A stretch of DNA of 64,000 nucleotides from Verrucomicrobiota bacterium (lineage in GTDB: Bacteria; Verrucomicrobiota; Verrucomicrobiia; Limisphaerales; JADLHS01). Below are positions 26,446 to 36,718 of the stretch, piece after piece (the first letter of the stretch is position 1; the number at the start of each line of letters is the position of its first letter). The DNA lies in assembly GCA_039806955.1 (NCBI GenBank), contig JBDHQI010000009.1, positions 65,517-129,516 on the forward strand. Direction: 5' to 3'. The notes under the pieces are model-generated. The model was not told where the DNA came from and made no database searches. It worked only from the letters and a program-made list of their open reading frames with translations. A program made the translations under genes and the position numbers.

Positions 26446-27618
26446 ATGAAAGTCAAATTCAGTTGGCGGCTCTTAACAACCCTGTTCGCACTGTCAGTGG
26501 CCCTGTCCGGATGCGCGACGAAAACCACTTCAGGAAATGGCAGCGCGGCGGACCGGTTCGCCCACGTTCTGCAAGTGTTGCAGCAACAATATGCACCCGA
26601 TCCCCATCTCGCGCGCTTTGACATTACCGCCGCCGGCCAAGGCCCGGAATTGATTCTCACCGGTGAAACGGACAACGCCGCCGCCAAAGCCGCCACGTTG
26701 CAAGCCGCCCGCCAGACCGGCGCGACGGTGGTGGATCAAATCCGCATTTTACCAGCGGCGGAATTGGGCGTCACCAACTGGGGCATCGTCACTGTCAGCG
26801 TGACCAGCGGACGCGAGCAACCGGAAAACAAGGCGGAACTCGGCACCCAAATGTTGCTCGGGGAAATCGTCCGCGTGCTGAAACGCAACCGGCACTGGCT
26901 GCTGGTGCAAACGCATGACCGTTACCTTTCCTGGGTCGGCGCGGACATGATCCAACTTTGCCCGGAAACCGAGGCGCAAGCCTGGGAACGCGGTCCGTTG
27001 CTGATCTACACCCAGCTCGACGGCATCATCCGCGAAGCGCCGGAAGCAAACGCGCCGCCCATTGCGGACATCGTGCTGGGCAACCGGGTGCGTCAGGTGG
27101 GCACGACCGGCGACCAATTCAAAGTGGCCTTGCCCGACGGGCGGACGGGTTATCTGGCACAATCGGCTGTGATGGATTTTTCCACATGGAAAAAAACACG
27201 GCAACCCACGGCCGCGAATATCGAGCGCACGGCGCGACAATTCCTGGGCCGGCCTTACTTGTGGGGCGCCAGCACCCCGCGCGGCATGGATTGCTCCGGA
27301 CTCACCAAGCTCACGTTCTTTTTGAACGGCATCGAATTGAGTCGTAACGCCAGCCAGCAAGCGCACCAGGGTACGGCGGTGCCGTTGGATGCCGAGCTCA
27401 GTCAGTTGCGCAAAGGCGATCTGCTCTTTTTCACCTTTGATCGCAACCACCCGTCGCCCGATCGCATCACGCATACGGGCATTTATCTGGGCAACAAACT
27501 ATTCATTCAAGCTTCCGGGCGGGTCCGCATCAGCAGCCTCGACCCGAACTCGCCCATTGCCGATCAGAGCCGCATCCGCGGTCTCGTCAAAGCCCGTCGC
27601 ATTTTACCGGCGAACTAA
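26446..27618 (+). CDS. NlpC/P60-family peptidoglycan endopeptidase lipoprotein with SH3-like domains
   Basis: Lipobox ALSGC. GRPYLWGASTPRGMDCSGLT (catalytic Cys) and HTGIYLGN (His). Confidence 0.85.
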   Translation: MKVKFSWRLLTTLFALSVALSGCATKTTSGNGSAADRFAHVLQVLQQQYAPDPHLARFDITAAGQGPELILTGETDNAAAKAATLQAARQTGATVVDQIRILPAAELGVTNWGIVTVSVTSGREQPENKAELGTQMLLGEIVRVLKRNRHWLLVQTHDRYLSWVGADMIQLCPETEAQAWERGPLLIYTQLDGIIREAPEANAPPIADIVLGNRVRQVGTTGDQFKVALPDGRTGYLAQSAVMDFSTWKKTRQPTAANIERTARQFLGRPYLWGASTPRGMDCSGLTKLTFFLNGIELSRNASQQAHQGTAVPLDAELSQLRKGDLLFFTFDRNHPSPDRITHTGIYLGNKLFIQASGRVRISSLDPNSPIADQSRIRGLVKARRILPAN

Positions 27619-27707
27619 TGGAGTTGCGAAAAACATCGCTGCACGTTCGCGAAAGACAATCGCGGCGATGCCTTTCCATGGCTGCGCTTGCTTGTGCGAA
27701 CTGGAAC

Positions 27708-30491
27708 TCACAAGTCCAAACGTTTGCCGCCTTGGAAGGTGAACCGTACCCGGCACGGCGTTTCGTGTGGGCGGCGAATCATGAACGCGGCTTGGTGTTC
27801 GCCGGGTGATAATACAGTGGCCGGCGCGAGCGGGCCGCGTTCCGGCGGTTGCAATCCGGCCCGATGGTGCGCCGTCGGTTCCCCCGGCCAGAAGAACAGG
27901 AACTGGCCGTTGGTCAAAGTCCCGGACCAAGCCCAGCGCTGTTCCCCCAGCGTGATGACGGGATTCGTTATTTCCGCGCCTTGCTGCGCATGCAGTTGCA
28001 CTCCCACTTGAGTAAAACCGTCCGGAACGCGCACTGGCCAGACGACATTGGTTGCGCCCGCCGGAATTTCATGCCACGCACCGTAAACGACCGGTTGCAG
28101 ATATTGTTGTCCGGATTGTTCGAGCAGCCGATACTCGTGGCGTTTCGCCAGCAGCGGCGAATCCGGATCGCCGGGTTTGATGGCGGTCAGCGCCGGATCA
28201 ATTCGCAACTGCGCCTTGATCTTTTCCGGCACGCGCCCGGAGCGGCGCAGTTTTTCGTAACGCGCAATGAGGTCCAGAATTTCCCCCGTGAACGGATGCG
28301 CCGTCGCCGCCTGGCACGACACCTGAAACGACATTGAGGAATCGTAACCAAGCGTCGCCGCCAGCACGTATTCAAACATGTCCGGCGTGCAGGTCGGGTC
28401 GTAACCGTAATACCAGCCGATGTCCAGCGGCATGCCGTCGCGGGCCAGGGAATCGAACCAACCCGAGCGCTGATCCAGATAGCCTTTCAGGTCCCCGTGG
28501 CCGTCCGCCGAAGCGCTGCGCGCCAGCAAGTGCCAGGAGTAGTGGCTGAAGCTGCTGGCCTGCAACAGCGTGTTCTTGTTCGCGAGCTGGTCGTAAAAGG
28601 CCTGATGCAAGCGCGCATTGTAATACCAGTGTTCGCCTTGCAATTGCTCCGAGCCGTCGAAGTAAATCATGTCAATCCCACAGGTGTTCGCCACGCGCGC
28701 AAAATTTTTGGCCACCTCCTCCAGCAACGTCGTGTCCATGTCGAACATGTGATAACCGTAGGCGCGCGTCAGATGCCGCACCGGTTCGCCCTGCCGATGC
28801 GCGGTGGCTTTCGTCCCCAAGTGGCCGCGTTGACAGTCCTCAAACCCAAACGGCGGTTCCAAGGCGCGCTTTCCGTAAGTGATCAATTCATCGCCCACTT
28901 GCAACACGGTGCCTTGCCCCATGTAACCGCCGTCCTCAGCGGGGAAATTCGTCGGCGCGGTCGTGAGCGGCAGGAATTTGCCCGTGGCGCCCACGGCGGC
29001 GGCCAGTGTCGCACTCGCGCCTTTCACCAGCCGCGGATCGGGCGCCGGCGTGAGGTAGGAATCCGGTGGATAAATGGATGCAGCCAGGAAATGCAGCCCC
29101 ACGCGAAAGCCCGCGTCTTTGAACCGTTGCAACGTCCGCTGGAGTCCGGCCAGGCCGTCCGGGAAGCGGTCGCGATTCACTTCGTAATGTCCGGTGCCGT
29201 GACTCCACGATTCCTGCCCGAACAAAATCGTGCTGAACCCGCCGCGCCGCGCCAGTTCCAGCCCGGCCGCAAATTGCGCTTCCCGGAAGTCGGTAAGGAA
29301 AAGATAGGATTGTTTGGTCCAAGGCGATTGTTTGTTCCAAACGCCGCCCAGTTGCGGACTTGGCAGGCCGGCGGCCACTTCAAATCGCCGAATGGTTTCC
29401 AGAAAATCCGTTTCGCGACCGACCAGCACCCCAAACGCCGCCGGTTCGATGCCGTGGGCGCGCTCTGTTTGAACGCAAAGATTGATCGTGTCCGAAGACC
29501 ACAGGGGCGAAGTGGAATCCTCGAAATCCTCCAACACCACCGTGCGCGACACGCCATCACGTTCCACCAGCGCTTCGACGTGATCCACAAGACAGGTGAC
29601 GGTCGTGCCGGCAGGCAGGCCGTTGTAATAAAAGTTCAGCGTGGTGGCGTGATCGTAACGCAAGGAATTGATCGGGCAGTTGGTGAGCGTGACCTGCCGC
29701 CAGCCATGGAAATCAATGGGCACGTAATTATCCCGGTAGCCGCCGGCGCCGTCGTAGAGCTGAATCTTCAACGCTTCACCGCGACCATCCCCATGCACCC
29801 ACGCGCGCAAGGCGCGGCAGCCCGTGAGATCCAACGGCGCGGCGAACTGGCGTCCGCGCATGCTCCAACCGTTGGCTTGTTCGTTGCAGGTGGCGGTGAA
29901 TTGCGCCGCGAACCGACCCTCCTGCGCTTCCGTCACGGGCACAAAATCATGGTGGCAACCCGCGCGATCCACCTGCGTGCCGCCCGCCTGCCGGTGGAAC
30001 GCGTGGACGTTCGGTTTGACGGCCATCAACGCGGCAAAGTTCCCATCCTTGGCCGCACCATTGAGGGTGTCGAATAATCGCCCGGTGCGCGGTGCGCCCA
30101 ACTCGAACAAACCGAACCGTGTGACCGGCTGCGTGGTTTCCAATTGAGTCAATCGAAACACGGCGAAGCCGTTGCTCAGGACAACTTGAAACTCTGCGCT
30201 ACCCGCCGCGCCAAACTGCACGGATAAGCGATCCCCCGACCACGATGCGGATTCCGCCCGATGCAACGCGCCGTCCATTTCCAACACGAATGCCGATTGC
30301 CCGGCTCTCGACCAGCGCACACCATCGGCAAATTCCAAGGTGGCCGTTGGATTCGTGGCGGAGATTTCCAGCTTGGCCGTGCCGAGATCCAACGTAACCA
30401 CAGTGGCTGAGGGTTGATCCGCATGGGCGGCGATTGCCAGCGCTATACCAACAACCCAACCCAACACGAACTTAGAAATAATTCGCCTCAT
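27708..30491 (-). CDS. Large secreted hypothetical protein, probable TIM-barrel glycoside hydrolase of unassigned family
   Basis: Start at MRRIISKFVLGWVVGIALAIAAHA (30491). Central NRDRFPDGLAGLQRTLQRFKDAGFRVGLH and GIDMIYFDGSE resemble (beta/alpha)8 barrel strands of clan GH-D-type enzymes (weak, by eye). Confidence 0.45.
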   Translation of the reverse strand: MRRIISKFVLGWVVGIALAIAAHADQPSATVVTLDLGTAKLEISATNPTATLEFADGVRWSRAGQSAFVLEMDGALHRAESASWSGDRLSVQFGAAGSAEFQVVLSNGFAVFRLTQLETTQPVTRFGLFELGAPRTGRLFDTLNGAAKDGNFAALMAVKPNVHAFHRQAGGTQVDRAGCHHDFVPVTEAQEGRFAAQFTATCNEQANGWSMRGRQFAAPLDLTGCRALRAWVHGDGRGEALKIQLYDGAGGYRDNYVPIDFHGWRQVTLTNCPINSLRYDHATTLNFYYNGLPAGTTVTCLVDHVEALVERDGVSRTVVLEDFEDSTSPLWSSDTINLCVQTERAHGIEPAAFGVLVGRETDFLETIRRFEVAAGLPSPQLGGVWNKQSPWTKQSYLFLTDFREAQFAAGLELARRGGFSTILFGQESWSHGTGHYEVNRDRFPDGLAGLQRTLQRFKDAGFRVGLHFLAASIYPPDSYLTPAPDPRLVKGASATLAAAVGATGKFLPLTTAPTNFPAEDGGYMGQGTVLQVGDELITYGKRALEPPFGFEDCQRGHLGTKATAHRQGEPVRHLTRAYGYHMFDMDTTLLEEVAKNFARVANTCGIDMIYFDGSEQLQGEHWYYNARLHQAFYDQLANKNTLLQASSFSHYSWHLLARSASADGHGDLKGYLDQRSGWFDSLARDGMPLDIGWYYGYDPTCTPDMFEYVLAATLGYDSSMSFQVSCQAATAHPFTGEILDLIARYEKLRRSGRVPEKIKAQLRIDPALTAIKPGDPDSPLLAKRHEYRLLEQSGQQYLQPVVYGAWHEIPAGATNVVWPVRVPDGFTQVGVQLHAQQGAEITNPVITLGEQRWAWSGTLTNGQFLFFWPGEPTAHHRAGLQPPERGPLAPATVLSPGEHQAAFMIRRPHETPCRVRFTFQGGKRLDL

Positions 30492-30706
30492 GGCGGCTCC
30501 AGTTCTTTGCGACTTCATTTCACACATCAGTTTGTCCGGCTGAGAATCGTGCCGGCGACAATTCCAAAATTCAAAGTCAGAATTTCCATCTGGTAATGGC
30601 ACACGACTCTTCCTGTTGAGCCAACATTAGTCTGGGTTCGTAAATGGGGATGCGCTGATGCGATTTAGGTCTTGGGCTGGTTTTGGCTCTGTGACAATCT
30701 GGCGGC

Positions 30707-33700
30707 ATGAAAACGCTGCGCATCCTGCTTCCGCTCCTGTTTTTGGCGGCGCTGGCCATCAATCCAGTTCCGGCTCGCCCGACCGATTCCGCCACGGTGA
30801 AGAAGCTCTTCCGCAATCCGCCCCGCGAATACAGCACCGGCCCGCTCTGGGTGTGGAACGATTTGATCACGGACGAGCAAATCCGCTCGACGTTGCGCGA
30901 TTTGGCCCGACAACAGGTCAAGCAGGCCTGGGTGCATCCGCGCCCCGGACTCATGACGCCGTATCTTTCGCCCGAATGGTTTCATCTGTGGGAAGTGGCG
31001 CTGGATGAAGCGCGCCGACTCGACATGAACATCTGGATTTATGATGAGAACTCCTATCCCAGTGGTTTTGCCGGAGGCTGGGTGCCCGAGTTGATGCCCG
31101 AAGCGCGCGGGCGCGGTTTGAAACTTTCCGAAACCAAAACTCCGCCCAAGTGGAGTGATGAGTTGATCACCGTAGTGCGGGTGAGTGGCGACACCTCGGA
31201 AGAGGTCTCCGCTCAAATCAAGGCGGGGGAAACGCTGCCGGAAGGGCGTTACTTTGTCGCCACCCTCCTGCGCGCGGCGGATCGCGCCTGGACCGGCGAT
31301 CACGCTTACGTGGATTTGCTGTATCCCGGCGTGACCGAAAAATTTCTGGAAGTCACGCACGAGGCGTATCGCCGTCATTTCGGCAAGGAATTTGGCAAAC
31401 GCATTCCCGGTTCGTTCACCGACGAACCGGAATTATTGCCCGCCGGAGGAATGCCCTGGACCGCGGATTTGCCCGAGCAGTTTCAGCAACGCTGGGGTTA
31501 CAGCCTCCTCGCGAACCTCCCGAGTCTGGCGGCGGAGGTCGGTGATTGGCGGCGTGTCCGGCACAATTATTATTCCACGTTGAATGAACTGTTCGTCGAG
31601 CGCTGGGGACAACCTTACTTCAACTATTGCGCGTCCAATCATCTCGAGTTCACCGGCCACTATTGGGAACACGAATGGCCCAACGGCGGCATGGTGCCCG
31701 ACAACATGGCCATCGCCGCGTGGCAACACCGGCCCGGCATTGACCTGCTGATGAATCAGTACGCCGAGCACACGCACGCGCAGTTCGGCAACGTACGTTC
31801 GTGCCGCGAGGTTTCGAGCCTGGGCAATCAATTGGGGCGGCGCACGTTCGTGGAAGTGTACGGCGCGGGCGGTTGGGATTTGCGGCTCGAAGACATGAAA
31901 CGCATCGGCGATTGGCTGCAAGTCCTGGGCGTGGACACGCTGAATCAGCACCTCGATTACCTCACGCTGCGCGGCGCGCGCAAACGCGATCATCCGCAGA
32001 GCTTCTCCTATCACGAACCGTGGTGGGACGCGTATCACATTTCCGCCGGCTACCTCGCGCGACTCAGTGCCGCGTTGTGTCAGGGCGAACAAATCAATCG
32101 CATCCTCGTGATGGAACCGACCACCACCGCCTGGATGTATCAGGGCAACGGCGCCAAGCTCGGCGCGCTGGGTGATTCCTTCGCCAAACTGCTCGTGGCG
32201 CTCGAAGCGGCGCAAATCGAATACGATCTCGGCTGCGAAGATGTCATCAAACGCCACGGCCAGATTCGGAATGGCGAATTCTGGGTGGGTCAGCGCGGTT
32301 ACGACGTGGTGGTGCTGCCGCCACACACGGAAAATCTGGATGAACAGGTGGTGGACCTGGGCGAAGCCTTTCTCGCCAGTGGCGGGCAGGTGGTGTGTCT
32401 GGGGGAACCGCCGTTGCGCGTCAGCGGTCGGGAATCCTGGCGTGTGCAGGAAGGCGCGAGCGAAATCGGTTGGACGACGGCGAAGGCCGAAGCCGCGCCG
32501 CAACTGTTGCAACGCTGGAACCGGACGAATGAATTTCATATCATCCGCGCCACCGGCGATCGCGGCCTCCTGTTCCACATGCGCCGACAACTGGCCGATG
32601 GCGAATTGCTTTTCCTCGTCAATACCAGCAGCGAGTTTCCCACCGCCGGCGAATTGGTATCGCGTCGTCAGAGCGTCGAGCAATGGGAACTTTATTCAGC
32701 GGCAGTGAAGCCGTATCCGTTTGCCGCCGCCAGAACTGGAGTCCAAGCGAGTTTCAACCTGCCCCCCTGCGGCAGCTTGCTGCTGTTCCTGTCCGACCAA
32801 TCCCGGAAGCCAGTGCCGACGCCCAATACAATAGTGACCACCATCCCGCCGACCGATTCCACCACGGTGCGGCGGCTTGAACCCAACGTGTTGACTTTGG
32901 ATTACGTGGACATCACGGCGGGCGGCGAAACCAAGCGTGACCTGTATTTCTATCAAGCCAACCAGTTTGCCTTTCAGAAGAACGGGCTGGAACGCAATCC
33001 GTGGGACAGTGCGGTGCAGTTCAAAGACCGACTGATCACGAAGTCATTTCCGGCGGACAGCGGCTTCAGCGCAAGCTACAAATTCACCATCCAAGGCGCG
33101 GTGCCGGCTAATCTGGCCATCGTGATTGAGCGGCCCGATTTATACACCATCACCTGCAACGGACAGCCGCTGCCCACGCCCGCGCACCCGCCGGCCAAGC
33201 TCTGGCAATCCAAGGAAACCGCCTACGCCGACGGCACCGTGCTCCGGCCCAGCCCGGTGTTCAAGGATTGGTGGCTCGACAAGGCGTTCGGCAAAATCCC
33301 GCTCGCTCAGGTGGCGCGCGTCGGCGAGAACGTGGTCACCATCACCGCCGCCCCCTTCACCATCTATCACGAACTCGAAGCGGCTTACGTGCTCGGCGAT
33401 TTTACATTGCAATCGTCCGACCGGGGCTTCGTTATCACGCCGGATCAACCGTTACAACTCTGCGCCGCCACGACCGTGACAACGCTGAAGCATGACGCCA
33501 ATCCGGATCAAAGCATGTGGTTAAACGGCGGCATCGGGTTTGCCGCCGGCGTGGAAGACCGCGCGCCGTTCGTGGTGTTTGATCTGGGTGGCGCGCGGGA
33601 CCTGCGCACGCTGCGCCTCTGGAATTACTGCGAAGCGAATGTGCGCGACCTGACTTCGCGCGGCGCGAAGGAGATTCGCGTGACCGGCGCGGCGGATGCC

Positions 33701-34438
33701 GTCACGCCCGAATTCAATCAACCGCTCGGCCAGTTCACCCTGGCCCGCGCCAGTGCCAGCGGCGGCACGTCCGAAGACCTCGCCGTGACGGCGCGCGGCG
33801 TACGGTTTGTGCGCGTGGAGATTTTGAGCAACCACGACGGCGTGACCTTTCCTGCCACCGGTCAGCCGGAGGACAACGGGTTCGTCGGTCTGGCGGAGGC
33901 GCAATTCCTCGACGCCAACGACCAGATCCTTGACGGGGTTAAAATCCAGCAAGTCTCCAGCGAACTGGGCGCACGCCAACGTCTGGCCCGGCACCTGGTG
34001 GACGGCAGCGGCTTCACGCGGAAAATTTCCGGCGGCTGGAATTCACAAGGGCATCCGTTCTACTCGGCGGGCGTGGCGTATCAACAACAGTTTCACGTCG
34101 CGAAACGCGCGGGACGTTATGTGGTAGTGTTACCCCAATGGTTGGGCAGCGTGGCGCAGGTGACAGTCAACGGCAAAGCGGCGGGTTACATTGATGCGCC
34201 GCCCTACGAATGTGACGTGACCAAACAGATCAAACGCGGCAACAACACCATTGCGATCACCGTCATTGGCACGTTGAAAAACACGCTCGGACCGCACCAC
34301 GGCAATCCGGCGTTGGGTCTGGCCTGGCCGGGCATGTTCCAAAACGCGCCCAATCCCGGCCCACCGGCCGGTGAAACCTATTCCACTGTCGGCTACGGAT
34401 TGTTCGCGCCGTTCGCGTTGAAACAGTTGACGGACTGA
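30707..34438 (+). CDS. Large secreted glycoside hydrolase (GH106/alpha-L-rhamnosidase-like N-terminal region) with a discoidin/F5-8-type-C-like domain
   Basis: Signal peptide. FRNPPREYSTGPLWVWNDLITDEQI...QAWVHPRPGLMTPYLSPEW...MNIWIYDENSYPSGFAGG is the N-terminal signature I associate with this family. A later FVVFDLGGARDLRTLRLWNYCE is discoidin-like. Confidence 0.55.
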   Translation: MKTLRILLPLLFLAALAINPVPARPTDSATVKKLFRNPPREYSTGPLWVWNDLITDEQIRSTLRDLARQQVKQAWVHPRPGLMTPYLSPEWFHLWEVALDEARRLDMNIWIYDENSYPSGFAGGWVPELMPEARGRGLKLSETKTPPKWSDELITVVRVSGDTSEEVSAQIKAGETLPEGRYFVATLLRAADRAWTGDHAYVDLLYPGVTEKFLEVTHEAYRRHFGKEFGKRIPGSFTDEPELLPAGGMPWTADLPEQFQQRWGYSLLANLPSLAAEVGDWRRVRHNYYSTLNELFVERWGQPYFNYCASNHLEFTGHYWEHEWPNGGMVPDNMAIAAWQHRPGIDLLMNQYAEHTHAQFGNVRSCREVSSLGNQLGRRTFVEVYGAGGWDLRLEDMKRIGDWLQVLGVDTLNQHLDYLTLRGARKRDHPQSFSYHEPWWDAYHISAGYLARLSAALCQGEQINRILVMEPTTTAWMYQGNGAKLGALGDSFAKLLVALEAAQIEYDLGCEDVIKRHGQIRNGEFWVGQRGYDVVVLPPHTENLDEQVVDLGEAFLASGGQVVCLGEPPLRVSGRESWRVQEGASEIGWTTAKAEAAPQLLQRWNRTNEFHIIRATGDRGLLFHMRRQLADGELLFLVNTSSEFPTAGELVSRRQSVEQWELYSAAVKPYPFAAARTGVQASFNLPPCGSLLLFLSDQSRKPVPTPNTIVTTIPPTDSTTVRRLEPNVLTLDYVDITAGGETKRDLYFYQANQFAFQKNGLERNPWDSAVQFKDRLITKSFPADSGFSASYKFTIQGAVPANLAIVIERPDLYTITCNGQPLPTPAHPPAKLWQSKETAYADGTVLRPSPVFKDWWLDKAFGKIPLAQVARVGENVVTITAAPFTIYHELEAAYVLGDFTLQSSDRGFVITPDQPLQLCAATTVTTLKHDANPDQSMWLNGGIGFAAGVEDRAPFVVFDLGGARDLRTLRLWNYCEANVRDLTSRGAKEIRVTGAADAVTPEFNQPLGQFTLARASASGGTSEDLAVTARGVRFVRVEILSNHDGVTFPATGQPEDNGFVGLAEAQFLDANDQILDGVKIQQVSSELGARQRLARHLVDGSGFTRKISGGWNSQGHPFYSAGVAYQQQFHVAKRAGRYVVVLPQWLGSVAQVTVNGKAAGYIDAPPYECDVTKQIKRGNNTIAITVIGTLKNTLGPHHGNPALGLAWPGMFQNAPNPGPPAGETYSTVGYGLFAPFALKQLTD

Positions 34439-34471
34439 GTGATAACGCAAGACAAAGTATTGGTGACGGTC

Positions 34472-36493
34472 ATGAAGCGCACCCCGCAATTTCTCGTGAC
34501 TATGACTTGTCTCCTGTCGTTGCTTTCCGGAGTGGCCACCGCTCAATCCGCGCCGGCGGCTTTACCCGGCGATCGCATGTTGCCCGAGTATTTCCATCAC
34601 GAAACTGCAGCGCTCAGCGAGCGTTGCCTGATGGAGATTCAATCGCTGACCGACTGGCAGGCCCGGCGCGCGGAGTACCGTCGGCAGTTGCAGGAAATGC
34701 TTGGATTGTGGCCGCTGCCGGAACGGACCGAGTTGCATCCGGTTGTCACGGGCAAAATCGAGCACGACGAGTTCACGGTGGAGAAGCTGTATTTCCAGGC
34801 GGCGCCGCAACTTTACGTGACTGCGAATTTGTGGTTGCCCCGGCACCAACTCCAACCCGCGCCCGGGATCCTCTACGTTTGCGGTCATTCCCGGCAAGTC
34901 GGCAACGGGATGAGTTACGGCAACAAAACCGGTTATCAACATCACGGGGCGTGGTTTGCGCGGAACGGTTACGTGTGCCTGATGATTGACACGGTGCAAC
35001 TGGGCGAGATCGAGGGGCTGCATCACGGCACGTATCGTGAAGGGATGTGGTGGTGGAATTCGCGTGGTTATACGCCAGCGGGCGTCGAGGCATGGTTCGG
35101 TTTGCGCGCGCTGGATTATCTGTGCGCGCGGCCCGAGGTGGACGCGGAACGCATCGGCATGACGGGGCGTTCGGGCGGCGGTTCGTACACGTGGACGGTG
35201 GCGGCGCTGGATGAGCGGGTCAAGGTGGCCGCACCAGTGGCGGGCATCACCGATCTGCAAAATCAGGTGGTGGACGGCTGCGTGGCCGGACATTGCGATT
35301 GCATGTTTTTCGTGAACACGTATCGCTGGGATTTCCCCCAACTGGCCGCGCTCATCGCGCCGCGTCCGTTGCTCATCGGCAACACGGACAAGGACGGCAT
35401 CTTTCCGCTGGATGGCGTGGTGCGTTTGCACGAAAAGGTGCGCCGCATTTATCGCCTGCACGGGGCGGAAAAAAATCTGGGGCTGCTGATCACCGAAGGG
35501 CCGCATCAAGACACCCAGGATTTGCAGGTGCCGGTCTTCCGCTGGTTCAACCGGTTTTTGCAACCGAAGCAACCGTTGATCGAGATGGCGGCGAAAAAGT
35601 TTTTCGAGCCGGAACAACTTCGAGTGTTTGATCAACTCCCCGCCGATCAGGTGAACACGGAAATCCATTCGCGGTTCGTTCCAAAGGCCAAACCGCTCAT
35701 CGGCGCAGAATGGCGAACGCAGCGCGCCGCCCTGGCCGCAAGGCTCAAGGCACAGACGTTCGCGGGCTGGCCGGAGGAAAATTCACCGTTGGCGCCGGAG
35801 CGGGTTCGCTCGGTCGAGCGCGAAGGGTTGCGGTTCAGCGCCTGGGACTTTACCAGCCAGCCGGAAGTGCGACTGCGACTGTATTGGCTCGAACCGGCGG
35901 ATGGCGGCGGCAACGCAGTCAATCTGAACGTGCTGGATGCGGATGACTGGTCGGATTGGCTGGCCGCGATGCGCGTGGTCTTTGCGGATCAGTTGGCTGA
36001 TGAACTGGCGCTGCCGCATCCGCCGGCGGCAACAAGCGAAGCATTCGCGCATTTGAAAGCGCGCGTGACGCAGGGTGAAGCGAATGTTGCAGCGCAGGCG
36101 TATTTCGCGCCGCGTGGCGTGGGGTTGTCTGCCTGGTCGGGTGAGGCCAAGCAGCGAACGCAGATTCGGCGGCGCTTCATGTTGTTGGGACAAACCCAGG
36201 ATGGCATGTGCGTCTGGGACATTCGGCGCGCGGTGCAAGCGCTGCGTTCGGTGCGTGGCGCCGCGACCCGCCGCGTGGATTTGCAGGCCAACGGTCCGAT
36301 GGCGCTGAATGCGGGTTGGGCGGCTTGGTTTGAACCGAACGCGCACTTGGTCTCCCTCGCGCCCATCCGGGCGTTGACGGAAACCACCGCGCCGGATTAC
36401 TTGAATCTTTACAAGGTGCTGGATTTCCCGCAGGTGGTGGAATTGATGGAGTCCACGCGCGCGCCTAATCGGACCGAAGCGACCAGGAAATGA
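34472..36493 (+). CDS. Secreted alpha/beta hydrolase (acetyl-xylan-esterase / dienelactone-hydrolase-like)
   Basis: Signal peptide MKRTPQFLVTMTCLLSLLSGVATAQS. IGMTGRSGGGSYTW nucleophile elbow. Follows the upstream gene almost directly. Confidence 0.65.
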   Translation: MKRTPQFLVTMTCLLSLLSGVATAQSAPAALPGDRMLPEYFHHETAALSERCLMEIQSLTDWQARRAEYRRQLQEMLGLWPLPERTELHPVVTGKIEHDEFTVEKLYFQAAPQLYVTANLWLPRHQLQPAPGILYVCGHSRQVGNGMSYGNKTGYQHHGAWFARNGYVCLMIDTVQLGEIEGLHHGTYREGMWWWNSRGYTPAGVEAWFGLRALDYLCARPEVDAERIGMTGRSGGGSYTWTVAALDERVKVAAPVAGITDLQNQVVDGCVAGHCDCMFFVNTYRWDFPQLAALIAPRPLLIGNTDKDGIFPLDGVVRLHEKVRRIYRLHGAEKNLGLLITEGPHQDTQDLQVPVFRWFNRFLQPKQPLIEMAAKKFFEPEQLRVFDQLPADQVNTEIHSRFVPKAKPLIGAEWRTQRAALAARLKAQTFAGWPEENSPLAPERVRSVEREGLRFSAWDFTSQPEVRLRLYWLEPADGGGNAVNLNVLDADDWSDWLAAMRVVFADQLADELALPHPPAATSEAFAHLKARVTQGEANVAAQAYFAPRGVGLSAWSGEAKQRTQIRRRFMLLGQTQDGMCVWDIRRAVQALRSVRGAATRRVDLQANGPMALNAGWAAWFEPNAHLVSLAPIRALTETTAPDYLNLYKVLDFPQVVELMESTRAPNRTEATRK

Positions 36494-36718
36494 ATGACGG
36501 CAGCGCCGCGAGTGGAGCGCATCCGGCCTCGGTCGCAGCAGTTGCCGCAATGCCAAATAATTCCCGAGGAAGCAAAGGAATGATCGGTAAGGGAATCGGG
36601 ATTGGGAAGGGTGGGCGTGTCACCCAAACCAACGGCATCATTCCGGATAAGCGAGGCACGCAAGCATTGAATGTTCGCGCGCCTCAACTTAAGCTCGGGC
36701 GTGTTTCACCACAATTTC

